Source: Calditrichia bacterium (GTDB taxonomy: Bacteria > Calditrichota > Calditrichia > RBG-13-44-9 > J075). From it: a DNA stretch of 64,000 nt. The stretch spans positions 104,339 to 168,338 of the forward strand of contig JBOEGD010000027.1 of assembly GCA_050633245.1 (NCBI GenBank), written 5' to 3'. The translations under genes and the position numbers were made by a program. Below are positions 31,211 through 39,306 of the stretch, piece by piece; position 1 is the first letter of the stretch, and every line of letters begins with the position of its first letter. Below the pieces are notes generated by a model. The model was given only the letters and a program-made list of their open reading frames with translations, had not been told where the DNA came from and made no database searches.

Positions 31211-32533
31211 ATGCGTAATTTGTCTTTCACCAGTCAGTTTTACCTCTTATGTGGCCTGCTTGTCAGCGGGTTTACACTGGGCTTCGTATGGCCGGTCTTT
31301 TTTAACCTATGCAAACTGGCACTGTATATTTTTGGCGGATTTATTATTCTTGATGCACTCCTACTCTTCCTTTTAGACGGTGGTGTTCGCGCTGAAAGAA
31401 CATGCCCGGAGCGCTTATCGAATGGTGATGCCAACGAAATAAAGATGTCTATTTACAATGACTTTAAGTTTCGCAGCACAATTCGCATTATTGATGAAGT
31501 TCCGGTTCAGCTCCAAATTCGAAATTTCCTAAGAAACACGGTTATAGAAGCGGAATCCAACCAAAGCTTTAGCTATACTTTACGTCCCGTGGAACGCGGT
31601 GAATATCATTTCGGAGACATTATTTGTCTTGCAGAGAGTCCGTTAAAACTCCTGCGAAGACGTTTTGCAGCGCCTGCGGCTCAGATGGTGCCGGTATATC
31701 CCTCGTTCATTCAGATGCGACGCTATGAAATGATGGCAATATCCAATCGCCTCAGCGAGGTTGGCATCAAACGCATTCGCCGTCTTGGTCATACCATGGA
31801 ATTCGATCAGATTCGCGAATATGTGCCGGGAGACGACATACGCACTATCAACTGGCAGGCAACTGCCCGCAAAACCAGTCTGATGGTCAACAGCTATGAA
31901 GATGAGCGTTCACAGCATATTTACAGCGTTATCAATATGGGCCGCGTTATGCAGATGCCCTTCGATGGTCTCAGCCTGCTGGATTATGCAATAAATGCCA
32001 GTCTAGTTATTTCCAATATCGCTATGCGCAAGCAGGATAAAGCGGGCGTCATTACCTTTTCCAACAGGGTAATCGACTTTCTAAAGGCACAGCGGCAGCC
32101 GGCGCATATGGCGCGAATATTAGAACTTCTTTATCGCCAGGAAACCCAATTCAAAGAATCTGATTATGAGGCCCTCTTCCTCAGTATGCTAAAGCGGCTT
32201 ACTCAGAGGAGCTTGATTTTACTATTCAGCAACTTCGAAACGCTCTCCGGCTTACGCAGACAGCTGGCATCGATGCAGCGCCTGGCTCGACACCATGTTT
32301 TGGTGGTGGTCTTTTTCGAGAACATTGAGATGACAAACTTGCTACGGCAGAACGCATCTTCAACAGAAGATATTTATCTTCACACTATCGCGCGTCAATT
32401 CTCCTTCGAAAAGAGGCAGATTGTGAAGGAACTACAGCGTTATGGCATTCACAGCATACTAACTGCACCGGAGAACCTAACGGTTAATGCCCTAAACAAG
32501 TATCTGTATCTCAAAGCGCGCGGCATAATTTAA
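31211..32533 (+). CDS. DUF58-domain (vWA-like) protein, MoxR partner
   Basis: EFDQIREYVPGDDIRTINWQATAR motif. Confidence 0.92.
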   Translation: MRNLSFTSQFYLLCGLLVSGFTLGFVWPVFFNLCKLALYIFGGFIILDALLLFLLDGGVRAERTCPERLSNGDANEIKMSIYNDFKFRSTIRIIDEVPVQLQIRNFLRNTVIEAESNQSFSYTLRPVERGEYHFGDIICLAESPLKLLRRRFAAPAAQMVPVYPSFIQMRRYEMMAISNRLSEVGIKRIRRLGHTMEFDQIREYVPGDDIRTINWQATARKTSLMVNSYEDERSQHIYSVINMGRVMQMPFDGLSLLDYAINASLVISNIAMRKQDKAGVITFSNRVIDFLKAQRQPAHMARILELLYRQETQFKESDYEALFLSMLKRLTQRSLILLFSNFETLSGLRRQLASMQRLARHHVLVVVFFENIEMTNLLRQNASSTEDIYLHTIARQFSFEKRQIVKELQRYGIHSILTAPENLTVNALNKYLYLKARGII

Positions 32534-32544
32534 CGGGAAGAGTA

Positions 32545-33282
32545 ATGGAAACCATTCATATCCAAACCAGCCAGAACGTAACGATTACTTTCGAGCTTGC
32601 GGGAATTGGTGATCGCATTGCAGCAAGCCTTATAGATCTGGCTATCATTATTGGCTATGTTCTATTCGCTTCCACCATTGTTGGTGGAGTAGGCCTTGGC
32701 AGCTGGGGAATTTGGACACTTATTATGCTGCCGATATTTTTTTATGATTTGGTACTTGAAATCGCAATGGAAGGGCAAACGATTGGCAAGCGGGCACGTC
32801 GCATCCGCGTGGCCAATGTGGATGGTTCTGCACCGACATTTACCGCCTATCTATTGCGCTGGATTATTCGCCCGGTTGAAGTGGTTATGGCACTGGGTGT
32901 CGTTGCGATGACAACCATCCTGCTGAATAATCGCGGACAGCGCCTCGGAGACATTGCTGCAAACACGACTGTCATAAAAGTTGGAAAACGGCTAAGCCTG
33001 GAAGACACGCTTTATACAAATATTGAAGAAAACTACGTTCCTGTTTACCGACAGGCTGCTGACTTGGAAGCAAAAGAAGTTGAAATGATAAAGGACGTTC
33101 TCAGAGCAAGACTTTACGCAAGCGATCGTAAGACCTTCGACAAAATTGCCCGAAAAGCTCGGCTTGCCATCGAAGCCAGGCTTAAAATAATACATACTGA
33201 GTCAACTACAACACAACTTGATGTTCCCTTTTTGGAAGCGATATTAAAAGACTATAATGCGATTACCAGTGGTTTAGTGTAA
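32545..33282 (+). CDS. RDD-family membrane protein
   Basis: Motifs GDRIAASLID, GQTIGK and QRLGDIAANT.V. Confidence 0.92.
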   Translation: METIHIQTSQNVTITFELAGIGDRIAASLIDLAIIIGYVLFASTIVGGVGLGSWGIWTLIMLPIFFYDLVLEIAMEGQTIGKRARRIRVANVDGSAPTFTAYLLRWIIRPVEVVMALGVVAMTTILLNNRGQRLGDIAANTTVIKVGKRLSLEDTLYTNIEENYVPVYRQAADLEAKEVEMIKDVLRARLYASDRKTFDKIARKARLAIEARLKIIHTESTTTQLDVPFLEAILKDYNAITSGLV

Positions 33283-33418
33283 AGCCTCTTGGCTTTCAGC
33301 CTGATTAAAAGACAAAAGTTTAATTTTCATCAGGCAACTCAGTTTTAAATTCGCTATACTATATGCCTTTCAGGTGGTTTTCCAAGCTGAAACTAATCAC
33401 CAAAAATGGAGTTTAGTT

Positions 33419-33481
33419 ATGTGTAAAAGAATCAGGACAGCTAACAGAGTAGCTGAAACACTCAGTCGAAAGCAGTTATGA
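33419..33481 (+). CDS. Putative 20-aa leader peptide (MCKRIRTANRVAETLSRKQL), coupled to the next gene
   Basis: GGAG RBS at 33408-33411, 7 nt before ATG 33419; its TGA (33479-33481) overlaps ATG 33478 (ATGA). Confidence 0.35.
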   Translation: MCKRIRTANRVAETLSRKQL

Positions 33482-34149
33482 AAAAGAACAGTATTTTATT
33501 CTTGCTCACTCCCCTTCTCTTTATATTCTCGCTGGGATTCGGGCAGGAAATTCAGTCTGATTCCACTGTCGTGGAACGTCCAAAATTCTCCATGACACCT
33601 ACATGAGTAGGCTGACCCGGCGAGGGTGCGCCGCTCCGTGGGAGCGGGATTCATACAAAGTGGAGATTTTCAGGACGTTATGTGGATACCGAACTGGATC
33701 GTCCGCAATGGCGTTTTACGGCAAACTATCGTTTGCATAATCGGGTTCAGGTTGGCATTGAAATCAACCCGAAGGCAGAAGAAATCGGTCCTCTGCTTAC
33801 ACTGTTTTTACTTACGGAAACGGAAAAACGCCCGGCAGTATTTTTCGGCACGAGTTCAGATCGAATAGGATCACCGGCTGGTGAGCAGTCATACTTTGCG
33901 ACGGTTAGTAAATATGTACCCTTACTGCATTCTTCCTTATATGGAAGCTTAAATTACTCCGAGTGGGATGAGCAGTTTAACGTGCCATTTGGACTAACAG
34001 TAGAGCTTGGCAAGGGATTTTCATTTCGTCCCATGTACGACGGTAATCGAAGCCATCTCATGCTAAACTATTTCACCACACAATATGGCATCAGCGCCAT
34101 GTATGTCTGGCTCGACACATTGGGTATTTCAGTATCAGTTGGACTATAA
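33478..34149 (+). CDS. Predicted exported di-selenoprotein (223 aa, U43-V-G-U46) with C-terminal beta-barrel-like domain
   Basis: ATG 33478 encodes signal peptide MKKNSILFLLTPLLFIFSLGFG/Q. The frame runs through TGA 33604-33606 and TGA 33613-33615 into the tracked ORF 33682-34149. SECIS-like hairpins lie just downstream of the UGAs. Confidence 0.75.
33611..33647 (+). promoter_or_regulatory. Putative bacterial SECIS element(s)
   Basis: Perfect 7-bp stem CCGCTCC (33631-33637), loop GTG, GGAGCGG (33641-33647). A second, smaller hairpin ACCC-GGCGA-GGGT lies at 33615-33627. Both loops start with G. Confidence 0.6.
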
Positions 34150-34162
34150 TTTGGAGAACGTT

Positions 34163-34846
34163 TTGCGAATATCTTATCTGTTTTTTATGCTCATTTTAGT
34201 CTCTTCTATGGCTCTTTTCTCTCAAGAGACATCACACCCTGAAAAAGCGATGTGCAGCGTATGTGTTTTAAAAGGAGAAAGCGAGGCTGAAAAGGTCAAG
34301 GCTCATTCCAATCACAATGGAACAATGTATTATTTCTGTTCAAAAAATTGCAAGAAAGAATTTGATGCCGCACCAGAAGCCTATCTGCCACCCAAGCTCC
34401 CCCGCCCTGCCCCCGACTTTGCCATCGAAACACTCGACGGCGCAACTGTTTCTCTGAAGGACTTTAAAAACAAACTCGTTCTTCTGGATTTCTGGGCTAC
34501 ATGGTGCAAACCCTGCCTTGAAATCATGCCTGAATTACAGCAGCTGCAGGATACCTACTCAGACAAGGGATTTTCTGTTGCGGGCATATCTATTGATGAG
34601 GATAAAGATTCTATCAAAAAAATTAAGAAGTTCATCAAGAAGCTGAAGGTCTCTTATCCAATCTTTTACGATGCCAAGCAAAAACCGGCATGGAACATGT
34701 TCAACGTTAAGGCCATTCCTGCGCTCTTCCTAATAAACGGAAATGGACAGGTTGTTGCACAGTGGACTGGCAAAGTTGATCACAAGATCATCGAAGCCAA
34801 GGTTGTTGAACAATTAGCTGTAAGTGAAGCTACCGGTTCTAATTAA
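34163..34846 (+). CDS. Exported YHS-domain + TlpA/ResA-like thioredoxin fusion
   Basis: GGAG RBS (34153-34156) before TTG 34163; signal peptide; CSVC...YYFCSKNCKKEF (YHS/TRASH); APDF...LLDFWATWCKPC...IP. Confidence 0.88.
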   Translation: MRISYLFFMLILVSSMALFSQETSHPEKAMCSVCVLKGESEAEKVKAHSNHNGTMYYFCSKNCKKEFDAAPEAYLPPKLPRPAPDFAIETLDGATVSLKDFKNKLVLLDFWATWCKPCLEIMPELQQLQDTYSDKGFSVAGISIDEDKDSIKKIKKFIKKLKVSYPIFYDAKQKPAWNMFNVKAIPALFLINGNGQVVAQWTGKVDHKIIEAKVVEQLAVSEATGSN

Positions 34847-34878
34847 ATCACACAGACTATTTTCTTAGTATTACCAGC

Positions 34879-34905
34879 AAGAGCCTTAATATCAGGGCTC
34901 TTTTT
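34879..34905 (+). terminator. Probable intrinsic terminator after the YHS-TlpA gene
   Basis: AAGAGCCTT, loop AATATC, AGGGCTCTT, running into a T tract. Confidence 0.55.
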
Positions 34906-34973
34906 AGCAAGGTATCGTCACACCAAAAGTTAAACTTCTTTACTTTATGCTTCAGACTTAGAAAGATTCATTT

Positions 34974-35687
34974 ATGAATTTGTTTAGAAAAACCTGCGCC
35001 GAATTTATTGGCACTTTTGCTATTGTGTTTGGTGGTTGCGGCGCCATTGCTGTCGATCAAATTAGCGGTGGGGTTATTGGTCATCTTGGAATAGCAACGA
35101 CCTTTGGGCTTATTGTGATGACGATGGTTTACGCTACCGGTCATATATCCGGCGCGCATCTCAACCCGGCCGTAACACTGGCTTTTTCAGCCACCCGACA
35201 TTTTCCAACCAGAGAGATAGCGCCCTACATTTTTGCTCAATTGCTGGGAGCTGCTGTGGGAAGCGCTCTTCACGCCTATAGTTTACAGGGAATACTGGAA
35301 CTCAGCTCGCCCGGCATGGCCTTGAGTTTTGGCACAACAACCCCCATTGATGGGGTCTTCGCCACTGCTTTCATCTGGGAGTTCGTGCTCACCTTTTTTC
35401 TGATGTTTGTTATTATGGCTGTGGCAACCGATTCCCGCGCAGTCGGTAAAGCAGCTGGCCTGGCAATTGGATCTACGGTATGGTTCTGCGCCTTATTTGG
35501 GGGCCCCATTTCCGGTGCATCGATGAATCCGGCGCGTAGTTTTGGTCCGGCGCTTTTGGCTGGCGACTGGGCAAACTTTGGCGCTTATCTCGCAGGTCCG
35601 ATTCTGGGTGCCCTTGCGGCAGCCTTTATCTACATGTACTTAGCATTTGATGCTGAAAAACAGACTACAGAATCACCCAATGTGTAA
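34974..35687 (+). CDS. MIP-family channel (NIP/AqpN-like aquaporin or aquaglyceroporin)
   Basis: AEFIGTF, HISGAHLNPAVT and GPISGASMNPARSFGP (two NPA motifs). Confidence 0.95.
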   Translation: MNLFRKTCAEFIGTFAIVFGGCGAIAVDQISGGVIGHLGIATTFGLIVMTMVYATGHISGAHLNPAVTLAFSATRHFPTREIAPYIFAQLLGAAVGSALHAYSLQGILELSSPGMALSFGTTTPIDGVFATAFIWEFVLTFFLMFVIMAVATDSRAVGKAAGLAIGSTVWFCALFGGPISGASMNPARSFGPALLAGDWANFGAYLAGPILGALAAAFIYMYLAFDAEKQTTESPNV

Positions 35688-35703
35688 CCATTTGCATAGA
35701 AAG

Positions 35704-35729
35704 ACAAAGCCCGTTTGCACGGGCTTTGT
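35704..35729. terminator. Hairpin/terminator between convergent genes
   Basis: ACAAAGCCCGT, loop TTGC, ACGGGCTTTGT: 11-bp perfect stem. Confidence 0.75.
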
Positions 35730-35783
35730 GCAATTCCAGAGAACCTGACATTTTCACGGATATACGGATGGACGGATACGTGC

Positions 35784-36962
35784 TTAGTATAGTCTCGCCG
35801 CCCGTCTTTTTGGCTCAAACTCTGTAGCTTCTGCCTGCCAGCGCTGCTCCATCTCAGCCAGATCCGCTCCTTTATCAATGGCTTGACGCAACCAGTCGTT
35901 TCCAACCAGAATATCAAACGGCATCAGTTCATATTCATATTCGTATGGCGGGTCGTTCCACTGAAACTTATTTGGATACAATCTCCGCACCTCTTTCAAT
36001 AAGGCAATTGTGGTCAGAAACGGCTTAAAGGTTTTGCGATCGGTTACGTGTAAAAAATAGCCTTCACAAATCTGTTCGGCATGCTTGTGGAAAGTCGGTT
36101 GAAACTGAAGTGGTCGTAGTGCCATGCCCGGTAAATTATGTTTAGCAAGCGCTTCACTCAGCTCTTGCGTATTGAACCAGGGTGCACCGAAGGTTTCGAA
36201 TGGTCGCGTCGTGCCACGTCCCTCAGATAAGTTGGTTGCTTCCAAAAGGCATTTGCCCGGGTATACGACAGTTCCTTCGATTGTAGGTAGATTTGGAGAC
36301 GGCATTGCCCACGGCAAACCGGTGTCTTCAAAATACATGTTCCGATCGTAGTTCTGCATCTCGATGACTCGCAAGTTACAGCGGTAAACATGTTCATTCT
36401 TCAAATACAACGCTACCTCGCCAATGGTCAGGCCATGACGAATTGTCATGGGATATAAACCAACGAAACTACGAAAGTCCTTATTTTTGGCCGGCCCTTC
36501 CACCTGCCCACCAATTGGATTCGGTCTATCCAGCACCACGACTTCTATATCGGTATCATTAGCCACTTCCATACAGTGCGCCAGTGTCCAGATAAACGTA
36601 TAATATTTTGCTCCTACATCCTGCATGTCCACAACGATCGTATCAACACCAGTAAGCATTTCGGCGGTCGGCTTTCTATGTTGTCCATAAAGCGAATAAA
36701 TGGGCACTCCATCGCTCTCGCCGCCACCTTCCCATTCAATCATATTATCCTGGGTATGTCCCCACAACCCGTGCTGTGGTCCAACCAATGCCTTTAAATG
36801 CAGTACGCCACCTTCCTGGGCCTGATAAAAGTAATCTATCGCATGCTTGTGGTCGGATGCGATTGAAGCCTGATTACAAACCAGCATGACATTCCTGCCT
36901 TTGAGAGATTGAAACGATTCAGCAATTAAGCAATCCAATCCACTTGCTACGCGAGTATTCAT
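35784..36962 (-). CDS. namZ: Exo-beta-N-acetylmuramidase NamZ family (DUF1343)
   Basis: Motifs PQHGLWG, YSLYG, DMQDVG..YYT, VLDRPNP, PSPNLP and SEGRGTTRPFE. Confidence 0.9.
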   Translation of the reverse strand: MNTRVASGLDCLIAESFQSLKGRNVMLVCNQASIASDHKHAIDYFYQAQEGGVLHLKALVGPQHGLWGHTQDNMIEWEGGGESDGVPIYSLYGQHRKPTAEMLTGVDTIVVDMQDVGAKYYTFIWTLAHCMEVANDTDIEVVVLDRPNPIGGQVEGPAKNKDFRSFVGLYPMTIRHGLTIGEVALYLKNEHVYRCNLRVIEMQNYDRNMYFEDTGLPWAMPSPNLPTIEGTVVYPGKCLLEATNLSEGRGTTRPFETFGAPWFNTQELSEALAKHNLPGMALRPLQFQPTFHKHAEQICEGYFLHVTDRKTFKPFLTTIALLKEVRRLYPNKFQWNDPPYEYEYELMPFDILVGNDWLRQAIDKGADLAEMEQRWQAEATEFEPKRRAARLY

Positions 36963-37001
36963 AGTTTCTCCCTAAAAAACGAGTCTGACAAAAGTGAATA
37001 G

Positions 37002-37053
37002 TGACCTTTGACCTTTGACCTTTGACCTTTGACCTTTGACCTTTGACCTTTGA
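37002..37053. repeat. Heptamer tandem repeat (TGACCTT), about 7 copies
   Basis: Perfect array in the divergent namZ/SDR intergenic region. Confidence 0.96.
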
Positions 37054-37184
37054 ACAAGTTACCCAAAATCAAAGCTGTTTTCAAACCCCAAAAAAGCAAT
37101 AACAGATACTATTTGTCAGCTTGCCACCTCTCGTGTTATATTCAGTCCCTTTACTGAAATAAAACCAAACAGGAGATCTGAATA

Positions 37185-37946
37185 ATGGTTACATCCTCCA
37201 AGCGCACGGCAATTATTACTGGTGCAACCAGTGGTATCGGACTGGAAACTGCACGCCTTTTTTCTCAGACGGGTTATCAACTTGCCATTACAGGAAGAAA
37301 CGAAACACGACTGGAAAATCTGGCGCGGGAAATCGGCAATAACGTCCTTGCGCTGGCAGGTGATATCGGTAATATATCCTTTCGTAGAGAGCTTGTAGAA
37401 AAAACAATCGATCGATTTGGCAGCCTTGATGTGTTAGTGAATTCTGCAGGTATTATTCAATCAGACACCGTGGAGAATGTTAAGCTGGAGTCTTATGAGA
37501 ACATGATGAATGTGAACGTCACGGCACTTATTGATCTTATTCAGCAGTCCGTCCCCCATCTTGAAAAAACCAAAGGCAATATTCTGAACGTTTCGTCGGT
37601 GGCAGGAACCCGCTGCTTCCCCGGAATTATGTCTTATTGTGTCAGCAAAGCAGCCGTCGATCAGCTTACTCGCTGTGCCGCAATGGAATTAGCTCCAAAA
37701 AAGATACGAGTAAACGCCGTAAACCCAGGCGTTGTCGAAACTATGCTTCATCGCAACAGCGGAATGGACGATAACCGATATGCAGAGTTTCTTGAACACA
37801 GCAAGGCAACGCATCCCATTGGCAGAGCTGGTCAGGCAAATGAGGTTGCCGATCTCATCGCATTTTTATGTTCAGAAAATGCCGGTTGGATTACCGGTGG
37901 CACATATGCGATTGATGGTGGAAGAGCTTTAACCTGCGCACGCTAG
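37185..37946 (+). CDS. Short-chain dehydrogenase/reductase
   Basis: Motifs TGATSGIG, VNSAG, YCVSK and RVNAVNPG. Confidence 0.93.
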   Translation: MVTSSKRTAIITGATSGIGLETARLFSQTGYQLAITGRNETRLENLAREIGNNVLALAGDIGNISFRRELVEKTIDRFGSLDVLVNSAGIIQSDTVENVKLESYENMMNVNVTALIDLIQQSVPHLEKTKGNILNVSSVAGTRCFPGIMSYCVSKAAVDQLTRCAAMELAPKKIRVNAVNPGVVETMLHRNSGMDDNRYAEFLEHSKATHPIGRAGQANEVADLIAFLCSENAGWITGGTYAIDGGRALTCAR

Positions 37947-38029
37947 AGATGGTGCTATTTTGATATTCGTATTGTAGATCACCTGAAAAGGCAAAACGTC
38001 GGTTTATATTATCGTAAGGTTAATCCCGC

Positions 38030-38641
38030 ATGAAATACATAGTGTTCGATCTTGGCAGAGTTCTGGTAACTATACGTCCGGAAAAAGTATCCAAAAAATT
38101 AGCGGATTTAGCAGGACTATCTACCGAAGAAGTTACTCCATTTTTGCATGGAGAGGCTCATTTAGAGCTGATGAGTGGCAAAATCGACTTTGCTGAATTT
38201 CATCGCAAATTTAATGAGAGTTATTTTTCTTCAATTAATTTCCAAAATTTTAGTAAAATTTGGGAAGATATGATAGGAGAAGCAAATACAGGAATTGAAA
38301 AGCTGCTCGATAGTCTTGAACCAGATTATGAACTCATTATTTGTTCTAATACAGACGAGTTACACTGGAAGAAGAGTTTGCAAACATGCGATTTTATTGA
38401 AAAGCGCTTTAGTCGGTTTTTTCTTTCATATAAGTTGGGACTGATTAAACCAGATAGAAAAATTTTTCAGCACATAATAACAGAACTGGAAACAACTTCC
38501 GAAAAGATCGTATTTATAGATGACACGCTGGAAAATGTCCAGGCTGCCCGGTCCTGCGGAATTCGTAGTATACATGCAGATAAGGTAGAAAATATGAGAG
38601 AAGCATTAGAACAAGAATTTGTGCTGGACTTTAAAGAATAA
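38030..38641 (+). CDS. HAD-family phosphatase (YihX-like)
   Basis: Motifs FDLGRVL, SNT, KPD..IF and FIDD...NV. Confidence 0.9.
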   Translation: MKYIVFDLGRVLVTIRPEKVSKKLADLAGLSTEEVTPFLHGEAHLELMSGKIDFAEFHRKFNESYFSSINFQNFSKIWEDMIGEANTGIEKLLDSLEPDYELIICSNTDELHWKKSLQTCDFIEKRFSRFFLSYKLGLIKPDRKIFQHIITELETTSEKIVFIDDTLENVQAARSCGIRSIHADKVENMREALEQEFVLDFKE

Positions 38642-38953
38642 TTAGATTTACTTAAGACCAACGGTAAGGAACAAAAAAACTTACATCCAGTTCCAATTCA
38701 CACTCGTATTTTACGTATCTCACGGCCCCGAATATTTACCTTCTTACTTCCATGTTTATGCAGGTGATTAACTGTATTACTATGTGCTGAGCAATATTTC
38801 AAATGAATTGGCGTTAATCGTTCTGTTAAAAAAATGATTAACAATCAATGAAGATCTACCGATAATTGTGTTAGAGCCTTTCAGGTTTCCTTAGGAATTA
38901 CCTCTAAGCCCGAGACACCATCTATTTCTACCTGGAAACATTTTAATGAACAT

Positions 38954-39092
38954 TTCTTGACAGACTGCGTTATAAATGTACTATTAAAATAACTAATGCA
39001 ACTGCAAGAATATGAATATTCCATTTATATTGGTGACTTTTTCGGTATATACAAGTCCCAATAGCAGAACACGTCATTCTTGACACACTGCG
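38954..39092 (+). promoter_or_regulatory. Duplicated TTGACA-containing 16-mer (tandem promoters or operators)
   Basis: TTCTTGACAGACTGCG (38954-38969) and TTCTTGACACACTGCG (39077-39092). The first is followed by TACTAT at 16-nt spacing. Confidence 0.55.
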
Positions 39093-39306
39093 ACATAGAA
39101 CATGCCCTATTGCTAAAGAAAGGAGAAAGTTTGAGTAAAATAGGCTATACCGATAAGTAATCAATACCATAATGCGTTGGAATAAATAAGAAACCCAATA
39201 ACCTACTTGTTCTGAAGGTCGGCATCGTTAGCCAACGAAATGAACACCATTTCCACCTCAATACTTCCAACGAGTAAAAAAACAACCTCTTAGGAGATAA
39301 ATACAT

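Noticed and set aside
26526-33282. SpoIIM/DUF4129/DUF4350/MoxR/DUF58/RDD cluster as a novel system
   Set aside because: This gene cluster is widespread and already recognised, although its function is poorly defined.
33604-33615. UGA reassigned to Trp or Gly (genetic code 4 or 25)
   Set aside because: Other genes in the window end cleanly in TGA (for example at 2889 and 7384), and long genes are intact under code 11 with TGG for Trp.
33682-34149. Tracked 155-aa ORF starting at GTG 33682
   Set aside because: It has no signal peptide despite its barrel-like sequence. It is better explained as the C-terminal part of the 33478-34149 UGA read-through gene.
34085-34162. N-terminal extension of the YHS-TlpA ORF
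   Set aside because: It overlaps the upstream gene; the RBS and signal peptide fit TTG 34163.
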